DNA from: a virus
Taxonomy: Duplodnaviria > Caudoviricetes
Direction: 5' to 3' (one strand)
Virus record (IMG/VR): IMGVR_UViG_3300011337_000071
Span: 1-31,487 of that record
DNA length: 31,487 bases
The notes beneath the pieces were generated by a model. The model searched no databases. It was not told the DNA's origin and saw only the letters and a program-made list of their open reading frames with translations. Of this stretch, positions 9,337 to 18,036 are shown piece by piece (positions within the stretch are counted from its first letter, which is position 1; the number at the start of each line of letters is the position of its first letter). The position numbers were made by a program, and so were the translations under genes.

Positions 9337-9525
9337 ATGGTCATCTATCTACGTCATCCTGTTCACGGTACGAAAGTGGCTTGCGCTGAAAAGGAAGCTG
9401 AATACGACGAGCAAAACGGTTGGGTGAGGTATGATTTGGGTGACGTAGAGCCGCCTGTCACGGTAAACGAGATGCGTCGTCCCCGTGGCAGGCCGCGAAT
9501 TGGGGCTGCTGAACTAGGAGCATAA
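9337..9525 (+). CDS. Small protein with C-terminal AT-hook-like RPRGRPR motif
   Basis: 62 aa, IYLRHPVHGTKVA...NGW...RRPRGRPR. Confidence 0.7.
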   Translation: MVIYLRHPVHGTKVACAEKEAEYDEQNGWVRYDLGDVEPPVTVNEMRRPRGRPRIGAAELGA

Positions 9526-9528
9526 GGT

Positions 9529-10242
9529 ATGACCACATCTGCTGGCGACCAGATTAACGGGGCTATGCGCCTGATTGGGATGCTGGCAGAGGGTGAGACA
9601 CCTTCAGCGGCAGCGTCCCAGGATGCGCTGTCGGCGCTCAACCAGATGATTGACTCATGGAACACTGAGCGGTTGTCGGTGTTCAGCACACAGGATCAAA
9701 TCTTCACTTGGCCTGCAAGTACCCAAAGCCGCACGCTTGGCCCAACGGGTAATTTTGTTGGCAACAGGCCAATCTTGCTTGATGACTCAACCTACTTTAG
9801 GGATGCAGCCACCAACGTAAGCTACGGCATCAAGATGATCAATCAGCAGCAGTACAACGGTATTGCTGTTAAGACGGTAACCAGCACTTATCCACAAGTG
9901 CTGTGGATCAACATGACGTACCCCGACATTGAAATGTACGTCTATCCAGTGCCGTTGCGTCCGCTGGAATGGCATTTTGTTTCGGTTGAGGAACTTACCC
10001 AACCAGCAACGCTGGCTACTACGCTGTCGTTCCCACCGGGCTACCTGAGAGCCTTTAGGTTCAATTTGGCTTGTGAGATTGCTGCTGAGTTTGGCGTCGA
10101 GCCAAGCCCCCAAGTCTCACGCATTGCCATGACCAGCAAGCGCAACCTCAAGCGCATCAACAATCCGAATGATGTAATGGCAATGCCATATGGCATCGTG
10201 GCAAATCGCCAAAGATATAATATTTATAGTGGCAACTTCTAA
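9529..10242 (+). CDS. Head-to-tail adaptor (P22 gp4-like)
   Basis: TSAGDQINGAMRLIGML..GE..DALSALNQMIDSW; PPGYLRAFRFNLACEIAAEFG; position in the module. Confidence 0.75.
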   Translation: MTTSAGDQINGAMRLIGMLAEGETPSAAASQDALSALNQMIDSWNTERLSVFSTQDQIFTWPASTQSRTLGPTGNFVGNRPILLDDSTYFRDAATNVSYGIKMINQQQYNGIAVKTVTSTYPQVLWINMTYPDIEMYVYPVPLRPLEWHFVSVEELTQPATLATTLSFPPGYLRAFRFNLACEIAAEFGVEPSPQVSRIAMTSKRNLKRINNPNDVMAMPYGIVANRQRYNIYSGNF

Positions 10243-10253
10243 GTATGTTTAAC

Positions 10254-10787
10254 TTAGCGGTTATCAAATCTACCAAAAGGGCCGCTACGTTGGCCTTTGG
10301 GAAGATGCGTTCGTTCTTGCCGATAAATATTATGCGCGTGTTGAATATTTTGTTGATGTGTAAGCAGTTCCAAATTGTCAAGGCAGTTATTGACTCGGTT
10401 AAGGTCTTTATGGTTTATTTCCAATCGACCTTCAATAGGACCAACAAAGGCTTCCCACAAAGCTCTGTGAACCCCAACTTTGGTGTATTTGCCATTTTTA
10501 CACGCAGCAAAACGCAAATAGTGATCGGAACCAGCAGAAGTTTTAACTTTTCTGTACGCAGCATCGCCTTTCCAAGTTTTTCCATTTTTAATCATGCTGG
10601 CAGTGGCGTTGCTAGTGCCAAGAAATTCTGCAACTTCGCGAAGAAACGCGCCGTTTTCAAACATTTGTTTTGCAGCGGGAATTTTTGCGGCGTCAAGTTT
10701 TTTAGCCCTACCAACACGACGCACGTTGGCAAGATTACTAATTTCGTAAAGATTTTCGTAGCCAAAAACAGGCTTCCATATTTCCAT
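10254..10787 (-). mobile_element. Free-standing NUMOD4-HNH homing endonuclease, antisense to the late operon
   Basis: MEIWKPVFGYENLYEISNLANVR (NUMOD4) and VHRALWEAF...INHKDLNRVNNCLDNLE (HNH_3). AT-rich, with its own GAGGT SD. Confidence 0.88.
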
Positions 10788-10814
10788 ACTGTACCTCTAG
10801 TTAAGTTAAATAGG

Positions 10815-10823
10815 AGTATAGCA
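10815..10823 (-). promoter_or_regulatory. Putative extended -10 promoter for the HNH gene
   Basis: Minus strand TGcTATACT, about 27 nt upstream of the HNH ATG. Confidence 0.45.
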
Positions 10824-10825
10824 TA

Positions 10826-12268
10826 ATGCACACGCCAATTTTGGGCAGCGCCTATGTTGCGCGTAGCGTCAACGCTGCAAACAACAGAATGGTCAACCTT
10901 TTCCCTGAAGCTATTCCTGCGGGTGGCTTAGAGGCTGGGTTTCTGAACCGTGCGCCAGGGCTGGAGTTTTTGCAGACCGTAGGCACCGGCCCTATTCGGG
11001 CGCTGTGGGCGCACCAGACTAATGGCAGTGACTTCTATGTGGTATCAGGCCAAGAGGTCTACAAGCTGACCGGCCTGACGGCCACACCGACTTTGCTTGG
11101 CACGGTGTCAGGTAGCGGCCCGGTATCCATTGCGGACAACGGCACTCAGATCTTCTTTGCTTGCAACCCCGACGGCTACATCTACAACGAAACCACCAAC
11201 GTATTCGCGCAGATCACAGACCCAGATTTTGCTGGCGCTGTGACGGTGGCCTACCTTGACGGCTACTTTGTTTTTAACCAGCCCGACAGTCAAATTATCT
11301 GGGTGTCGCAATTGCTAGATGGCACATCCGTTGACCCACTGGACTTTGCCTCGGCTGAAGGCTCTCCAGACGGTGTGGTGGGTCTTATTGCTGACCACCG
11401 GCAACTGTGGGTGTTTGGTACTGACTCCGTAGAGGTTTGGTACAACGCAGGCGCTGTAGATTTCCCTTTGGAGCGCATCCAAGGGGCGTTCAATGAGATT
11501 GGTTGCGCGTCTGCATACTCCATAGCCAAACTGGACAACGGCTTGTTCTGGCTGGGTACAGACGCCCGTGGGCAAGGCATTGTCTACCGCGCCAACGGCT
11601 ACACCGGGGCTCGCGTCTCCACTCACGCCGTTGAGTACGCCATTGCCCAATACGGCAACATTTCGGACGCTATTGCGTACACGTACCAGCAAGAGGGCCA
11701 CGCTTTCTATGTGCTGACATTCCCATCAGGCAACGCCACATGGGTCTACGATGTGGCTACAGAGGCCTGGCACGAACGCGCCGGGTTTGATGATGGTCAG
11801 TTTATGCGGCACCGCAGCAATTGCCAATGCAATTTTGGTGGAAACATCATTGTTGGCGACTTTGAGAACGGCAACATTTACAAATTTGACCTAGACGTTT
11901 ATGCTGACAACGGCGGGGTTCAAAAGTGGTTGCGTTCGTGGAGGGCGCTGCCACCAGGGCAAAACAATTTCAAGCGCACGGCCCACCATACCTTGCAACT
12001 CAATGCTGAGACAGGCGTGGGGCTGAACACCGGCCAAGGCTCTGACCCGCAATGTATGTTGCGGTGGAGCGATGATGGCGGTCACACTTGGTCAAACGAA
12101 CATTGGGCCAGCATGGGCCAGATTGGTCAATATGGCTACCGCACGTTTTGGCGTCGGCTGGGCATGACGCTCAAGCTGCGTGACCGAGTGTATGAGGTCA
12201 GTGGTACTGACCCGGTAAAAGTTAGCATCACAGGCGCTGAGTTGTTGATAAGTCCGACAAAGGCTTGA
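10826..12268 (+). CDS. Tail hub / DNA stabilization protein (P22 gp10 family)
   Basis: 480 aa, VSIADNG, YLDGYFVF, FASAEGSPD, WHER, LRWSDDGGHTWSNE and WRRLG..RDRV motifs. Confidence 0.9.
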   Translation: MHTPILGSAYVARSVNAANNRMVNLFPEAIPAGGLEAGFLNRAPGLEFLQTVGTGPIRALWAHQTNGSDFYVVSGQEVYKLTGLTATPTLLGTVSGSGPVSIADNGTQIFFACNPDGYIYNETTNVFAQITDPDFAGAVTVAYLDGYFVFNQPDSQIIWVSQLLDGTSVDPLDFASAEGSPDGVVGLIADHRQLWVFGTDSVEVWYNAGAVDFPLERIQGAFNEIGCASAYSIAKLDNGLFWLGTDARGQGIVYRANGYTGARVSTHAVEYAIAQYGNISDAIAYTYQQEGHAFYVLTFPSGNATWVYDVATEAWHERAGFDDGQFMRHRSNCQCNFGGNIIVGDFENGNIYKFDLDVYADNGGVQKWLRSWRALPPGQNNFKRTAHHTLQLNAETGVGLNTGQGSDPQCMLRWSDDGGHTWSNEHWASMGQIGQYGYRTFWRRLGMTLKLRDRVYEVSGTDPVKVSITGAELLISPTKA

Positions 12269-12269
12269 T

Positions 12270-12989
12270 GTGGCGACCACTAACGTCAATGTCACCCAGA
12301 TCCCCGCGCCTCGCGTTCCATTGTTGAACGCAAAGACGGGTGCTGTGTCGATGGAATGGTTTCTTTGGTTTACCAACATCTACACCATTACAGGCGCTGG
12401 CCTTGCCGTCACACCAGTTATCAACGGTGGCACGGGACTTAACACCATTCCGACCAACGGCCAACTGCTGATTGGCAACGGAACCGGCTACGCATTGGGG
12501 ACGTTGACTGCCAGCACCGGCATTACTGTGACCAACGGTCTAGGCACTATTACGGTGACCAACAGCCTGCCCGACTTGACGGTGGTGCTGACGGGCGCAG
12601 GCACGACGGTGGTGACCGGAACCTATCCAAATTTCACCATCACCAGCAATGATGCGTTTGTTGGCACGGTAACCAGCGTTGGTGGTACAGGCACAGTTAA
12701 CGGCATTACGCTAACCGGCACAGTAACCACATCAGGCAATTTGACGCTTGGCGGGACGCTGAGTGGGGTAAGTCTGACAACTCAGGTATCTGGTATCCTA
12801 CCTGTAGCCAATGGCGGCAACGGACTAGGCGCAGCCTACACAGTGGCAACGCTTCCAGCAGCCGGTACGCAAGGCCGACGGGCATGGGTAACCAATGCCC
12901 TAGCGCCAACATTTCTATCTGCCCCTGTTGGCGGCGGTGCGGTGGTTTGCCCAGTGTTTGATAATGGCACAGCCTGGGTGGTTGGGTAA
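12270..12989 (+). CDS. Tail needle/fibre-like protein (P22 gp26 position)
   Basis: IPAPRVPL...EWFLWF N-terminus with Thr/Gly-rich repeats (GTVTSVGGTG, LPVANGG); position after gp10. Confidence 0.6.
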   Translation: MATTNVNVTQIPAPRVPLLNAKTGAVSMEWFLWFTNIYTITGAGLAVTPVINGGTGLNTIPTNGQLLIGNGTGYALGTLTASTGITVTNGLGTITVTNSLPDLTVVLTGAGTTVVTGTYPNFTITSNDAFVGTVTSVGGTGTVNGITLTGTVTTSGNLTLGGTLSGVSLTTQVSGILPVANGGNGLGAAYTVATLPAAGTQGRRAWVTNALAPTFLSAPVGGGAVVCPVFDNGTAWVVG

Positions 12990-13444
12990 TGCCTATTATG
13001 TCCGCCCAATGGCAAGAAGACAGCAAAGCCAATAAGTTGCGGTGGTTTTTAGGCCATCAAGAAGCTATTGACTTTGTAAATTGCTTTTTTGACGCAGTTG
13101 AGTTGTGGGACGATTTGATTGACAAGGATGTTCCAATCTCAGACGAACACATCAATCGGGCGTTTTTGTCGCTGATGTTTGTGCTGCCTGCTAACCGCTG
13201 GTTTGTGGCAAACTATGCCTATTACCAGCCTTTGATCATGGCGTCAATCAATGGGTTCCATGATGCAAATGAGATGTGCAAAAGTGACAAAAAGCACTTG
13301 CGGAATTTAGCGTTTCACATCCGCAATTTTGGAATTGAAATACATATTGCCACTGCCTTTTTGATTGGTGGTTTTGAGCATATGCGTAAGGTATCTCGCG
13401 AAATCCGCGAGTTCTACGCTTTTGAGGAGTTTGAAAATGCCTGA
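12989..13444 (+). CDS. Alpha-helical hypothetical protein with DDxxD motif
   Basis: 151 aa, ELWDDLIDKD. TAATG-coupled to the upstream gene. Confidence 0.75.
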   Translation: MPIMSAQWQEDSKANKLRWFLGHQEAIDFVNCFFDAVELWDDLIDKDVPISDEHINRAFLSLMFVLPANRWFVANYAYYQPLIMASINGFHDANEMCKSDKKHLRNLAFHIRNFGIEIHIATAFLIGGFEHMRKVSREIREFYAFEEFENA

Positions 13445-14222
13445 TCCAGTAACAGGAGTAACCGCTGGCGCATCACTACTTGGCGGCGCAATGTCCGCTC
13501 GGGGCGCTAGTCAAGCCGCTAGTACGCAGGCTGATGCTGCTAACCGCGCTGCCGCTCTCCAAAAGGAAATGTTTGATTTGCAACGGGCAGGGCAAGAACC
13601 TTACCGGCAAGCGGGTTTAACAAGCCAAAATCGGTTAATGGAATTGATGGGCCTTGGCGGCAATACGGCTGCAGAAGGATATGGTAGGTATGCCAAAGAC
13701 TTTGGCATGGGCGACTTTAACGCAGACCCAGGCTATGCGTTTCGGCTTTCAGAAGGTCAAAAAGCGCTTGACCGCCAAGCTGCTGCCCGTGGAGGGCTTA
13801 TGTCTGGTGGCGCGTTAAAGGCGGCTACGCGCTATGGGCAAGAAGCGGGGTCGCAAGAGTATCAAAACGCTTTCAATCGTTACCAGACAAACCGAACTAA
13901 CCAACTCCAGTCGTTAGGCAACTTGATGGCCTCCGGTCAGTCTGCGGCATCTAATCAAGGATCGGCTGCTGGGCAATATGGCACCAATGCTGGAAACGCG
14001 TATATGGCCGGCGGTCAAGCCATTGCCGCAGGCCAGTTGGGCATGGGCAATACGTTCAACAACGCGCTTGGCACAATGGCAAGCGGCTATCAAAACCAAA
14101 GCAACTTTGACAGGTTTTTGGCGTCGCAAAGACGGTCTAGCTTGTATGACGCCCCTCGGTACGACTACACCCCATACAACGCCAATACCATGATTCCAAT
14201 GCAACCAGGTGGGGGTTACTAA
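13437..14222 (+). CDS. DNA ejection/pilot protein (P22 gp7-like)
   Basis: Gly/Ala-rich, DPGYAFRLSEGQKALDRQAAARGGLMSGGALKA. ATG 13437 follows a GAGGAG SD. Confidence 0.75.
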   Translation: MPDPVTGVTAGASLLGGAMSARGASQAASTQADAANRAAALQKEMFDLQRAGQEPYRQAGLTSQNRLMELMGLGGNTAAEGYGRYAKDFGMGDFNADPGYAFRLSEGQKALDRQAAARGGLMSGGALKAATRYGQEAGSQEYQNAFNRYQTNRTNQLQSLGNLMASGQSAASNQGSAAGQYGTNAGNAYMAGGQAIAAGQLGMGNTFNNALGTMASGYQNQSNFDRFLASQRRSSLYDAPRYDYTPYNANTMIPMQPGGGY

Positions 14223-14223
14223 C

Positions 14224-15585
14224 ATGGCTGACCTAAACTCTATGATCGCCCAAGGCGCGCAGTTCCAAGCGCCGGTTGACCCGTTTGCCCAATACGGCAA
14301 ACTGCAACAGTTGCAGCAGAATCAGCAGACCAACGCGCTGAACCAAATGAAGATGGATGAATATCAGCGTGGCTTGCAAGAGCAAAACGCGCTGCGTCAA
14401 TTGAATCCAAACGCTTCTGACTACGAAACCCAATTGTTTAAGGTAAACCCTACACTTGGGATTGCGTATCGTAAAGAAGCCGCCACTGCGGCGGCGCAAC
14501 AGGCAACGGCAGACGAGCAGCGCGTAAAGTCTGCTGCTGCGCGTCAAGGAATGTTGGGGCAAGCCTACCGCGACATTAGTTCGCGCCCATCTGATGCCAA
14601 CATCACCGCACACATGGAAGATGTATTGGCCTCGCCGCTGTTTAAGGCGGAAGAAAAAACATCCGTTCAAAAGTTAGCGCAAACTCTTTTGGCAATGCCT
14701 CTTGATCAACGTCAAACGTATTTGCAAATGCAGGGTGCCAAACCTAGCGATTTAAAACCAACAACGCAAACAGTTAACCGCGCTGGCGCTACAGATGTTA
14801 TTCAAGTGCCTGCCTTTGGCGGTTTACCCACTACAGTTGGGTCTTACGCAGATGTGCCTTTGCCTGCCAATGTGCAAGCGCAAAAGATACAGATTGCACG
14901 GGAAAGCCGACCACCCGCACAGCCTCGGGCTGAACAACCACTTGAAAAAGTAATTGACCCAGTTACAGGCAAAATAGTTTTTGCGAGCCGAGAAGAAGCA
15001 TTGAAAGGGCGCATGACCCCGGCTTCATCGGAAAACAAACCCATGACTGCTTTGCAACAGCAAGCGCTCAAAAAAGATTTTGCCAACGATACGTCAAAAG
15101 TTAAATCAGCAATTGCTACAGCAGATGAACTAGAAAAGTTGACTGATGAATTGGTTGGGAATCCGGACAAGAAAATTGCCCCGCATCCTGGGCTTAGCGG
15201 CATTACAGGTTACTCTGCACTTTTGCCATCACTGCCGTCTGGAGAAGCTGCAAAAGCAGAGCAAAAACTAGAAACTTTTAAAGGCAAAATTAAAGCGTTA
15301 GGTCGCGCAATTGCATCTCAAGAAGGAAAACTTGGAAACATGGCAGTACAAGAATGGCAAATGGTTTCTGATGCTGTTCAAGCCATTAACCCAAAAGCGG
15401 GTAATTTAGATGTGCAAATGAAGGATGTTGTTCGTCAAGCGCGTGATTTGGCGCGTAATATGAAAGATAAATTTGACCTTACTTACGAAGACACAACACC
15501 AGCAGCCGCACCCGGCAGACCAGCACCTGCTGCTAATGTAATTACAAACCCGCAATATCCAGGCTTTAGCATTGGGAAACCATAA
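14224..15585 (+). CDS. Probable DNA ejection protein (P22 gp20 position)
   Basis: Gln/Ala-rich helical 453 aa protein in ejection-gene order. Confidence 0.6.
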   Translation: MADLNSMIAQGAQFQAPVDPFAQYGKLQQLQQNQQTNALNQMKMDEYQRGLQEQNALRQLNPNASDYETQLFKVNPTLGIAYRKEAATAAAQQATADEQRVKSAAARQGMLGQAYRDISSRPSDANITAHMEDVLASPLFKAEEKTSVQKLAQTLLAMPLDQRQTYLQMQGAKPSDLKPTTQTVNRAGATDVIQVPAFGGLPTTVGSYADVPLPANVQAQKIQIARESRPPAQPRAEQPLEKVIDPVTGKIVFASREEALKGRMTPASSENKPMTALQQQALKKDFANDTSKVKSAIATADELEKLTDELVGNPDKKIAPHPGLSGITGYSALLPSLPSGEAAKAEQKLETFKGKIKALGRAIASQEGKLGNMAVQEWQMVSDAVQAINPKAGNLDVQMKDVVRQARDLARNMKDKFDLTYEDTTPAAAPGRPAPAANVITNPQYPGFSIGKP

Positions 15586-15586
15586 T

Positions 15587-18028
15587 ATGCCGCGCTTTAA
15601 TGTTACCGCACCTGATGGGTCAATCATTCCCGTTGATGCGCCTGAGGGTGCAACAGAACAAGACGCAATTGCTTTTGCGGCGTCTACATACAAGCCCGCT
15701 GCCCGTAGCTTAGTTTCGCAGATTCCAACTGAGCGCGGAGCCAATCTAGCACCGACACCACAAGCGCCTGTATCGTTGATTGACAAAATTTACGGCGCAG
15801 CCGAGGTGCTTCCTGCAATGGCAGGTGGCATGGTTGGTGGTGTTGTTACGCCAATTGCTCAACTGGGCCATGAACTTCTTGGTGGTCAAGCCTTTACACC
15901 TCAAGGCAAAGCTGCCGCAGCGGAGTTTGGCAAGAAAGTACAAAGCCAGTTTTACCAACCCAGAACTGAGCAGGGGCAGGAATATACCGCCGCTATTGGC
16001 AATGCTTTGGCGCCCATGATCGGCGTTCCAATTCCAACACTAAATGCTTTAGGTCAATCTGCGCCTGCTGCTGTTAGGGCTATTCGTGATGTTGGGCGTA
16101 GTGAGGCCAACCTCATTGGAGGTGCTATTGCCGCGCCTCTTGAGGCCCGTGCAGCCCGTATCCAAGAAGGGCGCGTGGCTCAATCCTATGCTAACGCACC
16201 AATCATTGACGCAGCAAAAGCCGCAGAACGTCAAGGCTTTGCAGTAAACCCGGCCATTACTAATCCAACTTTGGGTAACCGTGCAAAAGGCATGGTGGTC
16301 GGCCCCGCTTTTAACGAAGCCGCTCTCCCATATAACGCTGCTAAAGCAACTGAAGTAGTGCGAAAAGATTTGGGTGTTGCGTCAACTGAAAATTTAACCC
16401 CGGCAGCTACTGATAGAGCGTTAGATGTTGCTGGAAAACCTTACGATGTAATCAGAAAAATGGGTGTTTTGGAAACGCCACAAATATCTTTAGACGCACT
16501 TTTATCGCTTAAAACACCAGCTTTAATTGGCGGTGAACAATCAGCAGCAGCGGTAAGTGTTTTAATTGATGACGCGATAAAAAAATTGCAACAAGGCCGC
16601 AATGGCGCTTTGTTGTTGGATGATATTCGTTCAAATCGTCGAAATGCAAACGCCGCTTACAAAGCTGAATCAGTTAATCCTGACCCACTGTTAAAAGCAA
16701 AAGCTGATGCTCAAATGTCAATTGCCAATATTTTGGAAGACATAGTTGACGCAAATGCTCCAACTCCAAAAGCATTGTCTGAAATGAGGGCGGCTCGTCA
16801 GCGCATGGCTCAAATTTATGACCATGACCGGGCTATTAACTATGCCAATAAAACTGTTGACCCGCAAGTTTACGCAAAATTGCTAGACGAGAAAAAAGGC
16901 AATATGACCGGTGTTGGGGCTGACATTGGAACAGTTGCGGCTAAATTTCCGGATGTGATGAGTACGCAAGCGCCAACGGCTCAAGCAATGCCAAAGGCTA
17001 CGCGATCTGGCATATTGGGTGCAGTAGGTGCTTTGGCGGGAGGCTCGGTTGCTGGGTATCCTGGCGCTCTTGGTGGCGCTGCTCTTGGTGGCGCTACTGG
17101 AATTATTGGGAATAGATTAGCGGCTAGGGGAATGGTCAACCCAGCCTACCAAACATCCCGCGCTATCCCTACGGATTATCGGCCTGGGCCAAATATGTTG
17201 CGACCTGTAGAGCCACGCATGACGCCAAATGGTTTGGTTCCATATGACTACAGCCAACAGATTTTTACCCAAGAGCAAATGCCAAACTTTGTTATGCGTC
17301 CGGGTGAACAAGGGCCACTTACTACGCCTGGTGTTGCGCCTGGGCCTGCCCAGATAGGAATGTCACAAGGCCCGGTTGGCGGTCAAATGGGCGCGCTTCG
17401 CATGGAAGACGCAAGGCTTCGTAATCTTAGTATGCAACAAGGCGCTGCGGCTGAAGCCCAGCAAGCTGCTGCGGCGGCTGCAAGTCGCCAGCCTGCTGGT
17501 CGAGGCAGTGTGCTGGAATTTGACCCAATTACAGGCACATACAAAGTGGGCGGTGAAGGCGTTAGAGGTGCTACACCAGAAGTGTTTATGGCAAACACTG
17601 GTCAATCATTGAGCGCAGCGGCTGAAAAAGTTGCGGCTGGTAAGTTGTTTGACATGACAGCCGCCGAAAAAGTGGCTTGGAACAAAACCAAAATTGATTT
17701 TGCTGAAGCCGCGCCAGAGTTGAAAGGCTTGTCTGACAAAGCCGTAGCCGCCAAAATGATGGATCGAAAATGGGTTGACGGCACCATAGTTAAACTCCGC
17801 GACAAGGCAGCGGCTTTTGATGAAATTTCCAAACGCGCCAGCAATGCTCAAGCTGCGCGTGACGCCGCAATCAAACGTGAACAAATGTTAGATATGCTTG
17901 CTGACTTGGAAGATAGTCTTCGCCCTGCCCGTCCAGTATCATCAGGCATCCAAGGAAGTAAAACTCGTGAATTTAACCGCAATCGAATGATTGCGAACAC
18001 CAAAAACCAAAACGCCATGACGCAGTAG
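15587..18028 (+). CDS. Probable large DNA ejection protein (P22 gp16 position)
   Basis: 813 aa, Ala-rich, N-terminal VTAPDG..VDAPEGAT motif, glycine-rich hydrophobic segments. Confidence 0.6.
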   Translation: MPRFNVTAPDGSIIPVDAPEGATEQDAIAFAASTYKPAARSLVSQIPTERGANLAPTPQAPVSLIDKIYGAAEVLPAMAGGMVGGVVTPIAQLGHELLGGQAFTPQGKAAAAEFGKKVQSQFYQPRTEQGQEYTAAIGNALAPMIGVPIPTLNALGQSAPAAVRAIRDVGRSEANLIGGAIAAPLEARAARIQEGRVAQSYANAPIIDAAKAAERQGFAVNPAITNPTLGNRAKGMVVGPAFNEAALPYNAAKATEVVRKDLGVASTENLTPAATDRALDVAGKPYDVIRKMGVLETPQISLDALLSLKTPALIGGEQSAAAVSVLIDDAIKKLQQGRNGALLLDDIRSNRRNANAAYKAESVNPDPLLKAKADAQMSIANILEDIVDANAPTPKALSEMRAARQRMAQIYDHDRAINYANKTVDPQVYAKLLDEKKGNMTGVGADIGTVAAKFPDVMSTQAPTAQAMPKATRSGILGAVGALAGGSVAGYPGALGGAALGGATGIIGNRLAARGMVNPAYQTSRAIPTDYRPGPNMLRPVEPRMTPNGLVPYDYSQQIFTQEQMPNFVMRPGEQGPLTTPGVAPGPAQIGMSQGPVGGQMGALRMEDARLRNLSMQQGAAAEAQQAAAAAASRQPAGRGSVLEFDPITGTYKVGGEGVRGATPEVFMANTGQSLSAAAEKVAAGKLFDMTAAEKVAWNKTKIDFAEAAPELKGLSDKAVAAKMMDRKWVDGTIVKLRDKAAAFDEISKRASNAQAARDAAIKREQMLDMLADLEDSLRPARPVSSGIQGSKTREFNRNRMIANTKNQNAMTQ

Positions 18029-18036
18029 GAACACAT

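Larger units (their letters stand above)
10245..10826 (+). other. Stop-free 193-codon ORF bridging the gp4 stop and gp10 start (antisense to the HNH gene)
   Basis: ATG is 2 nt after the gp4 TAA, and its TAA overlaps the gp10 ATG (TAATG). The product has no recognisable motif. Confidence 0.35.

Noticed and set aside
10243-10825. HNH as part of a group I intron
   Set aside because: It is antisense, both flanking genes look intact, and there is no non-coding room for a ribozyme core.
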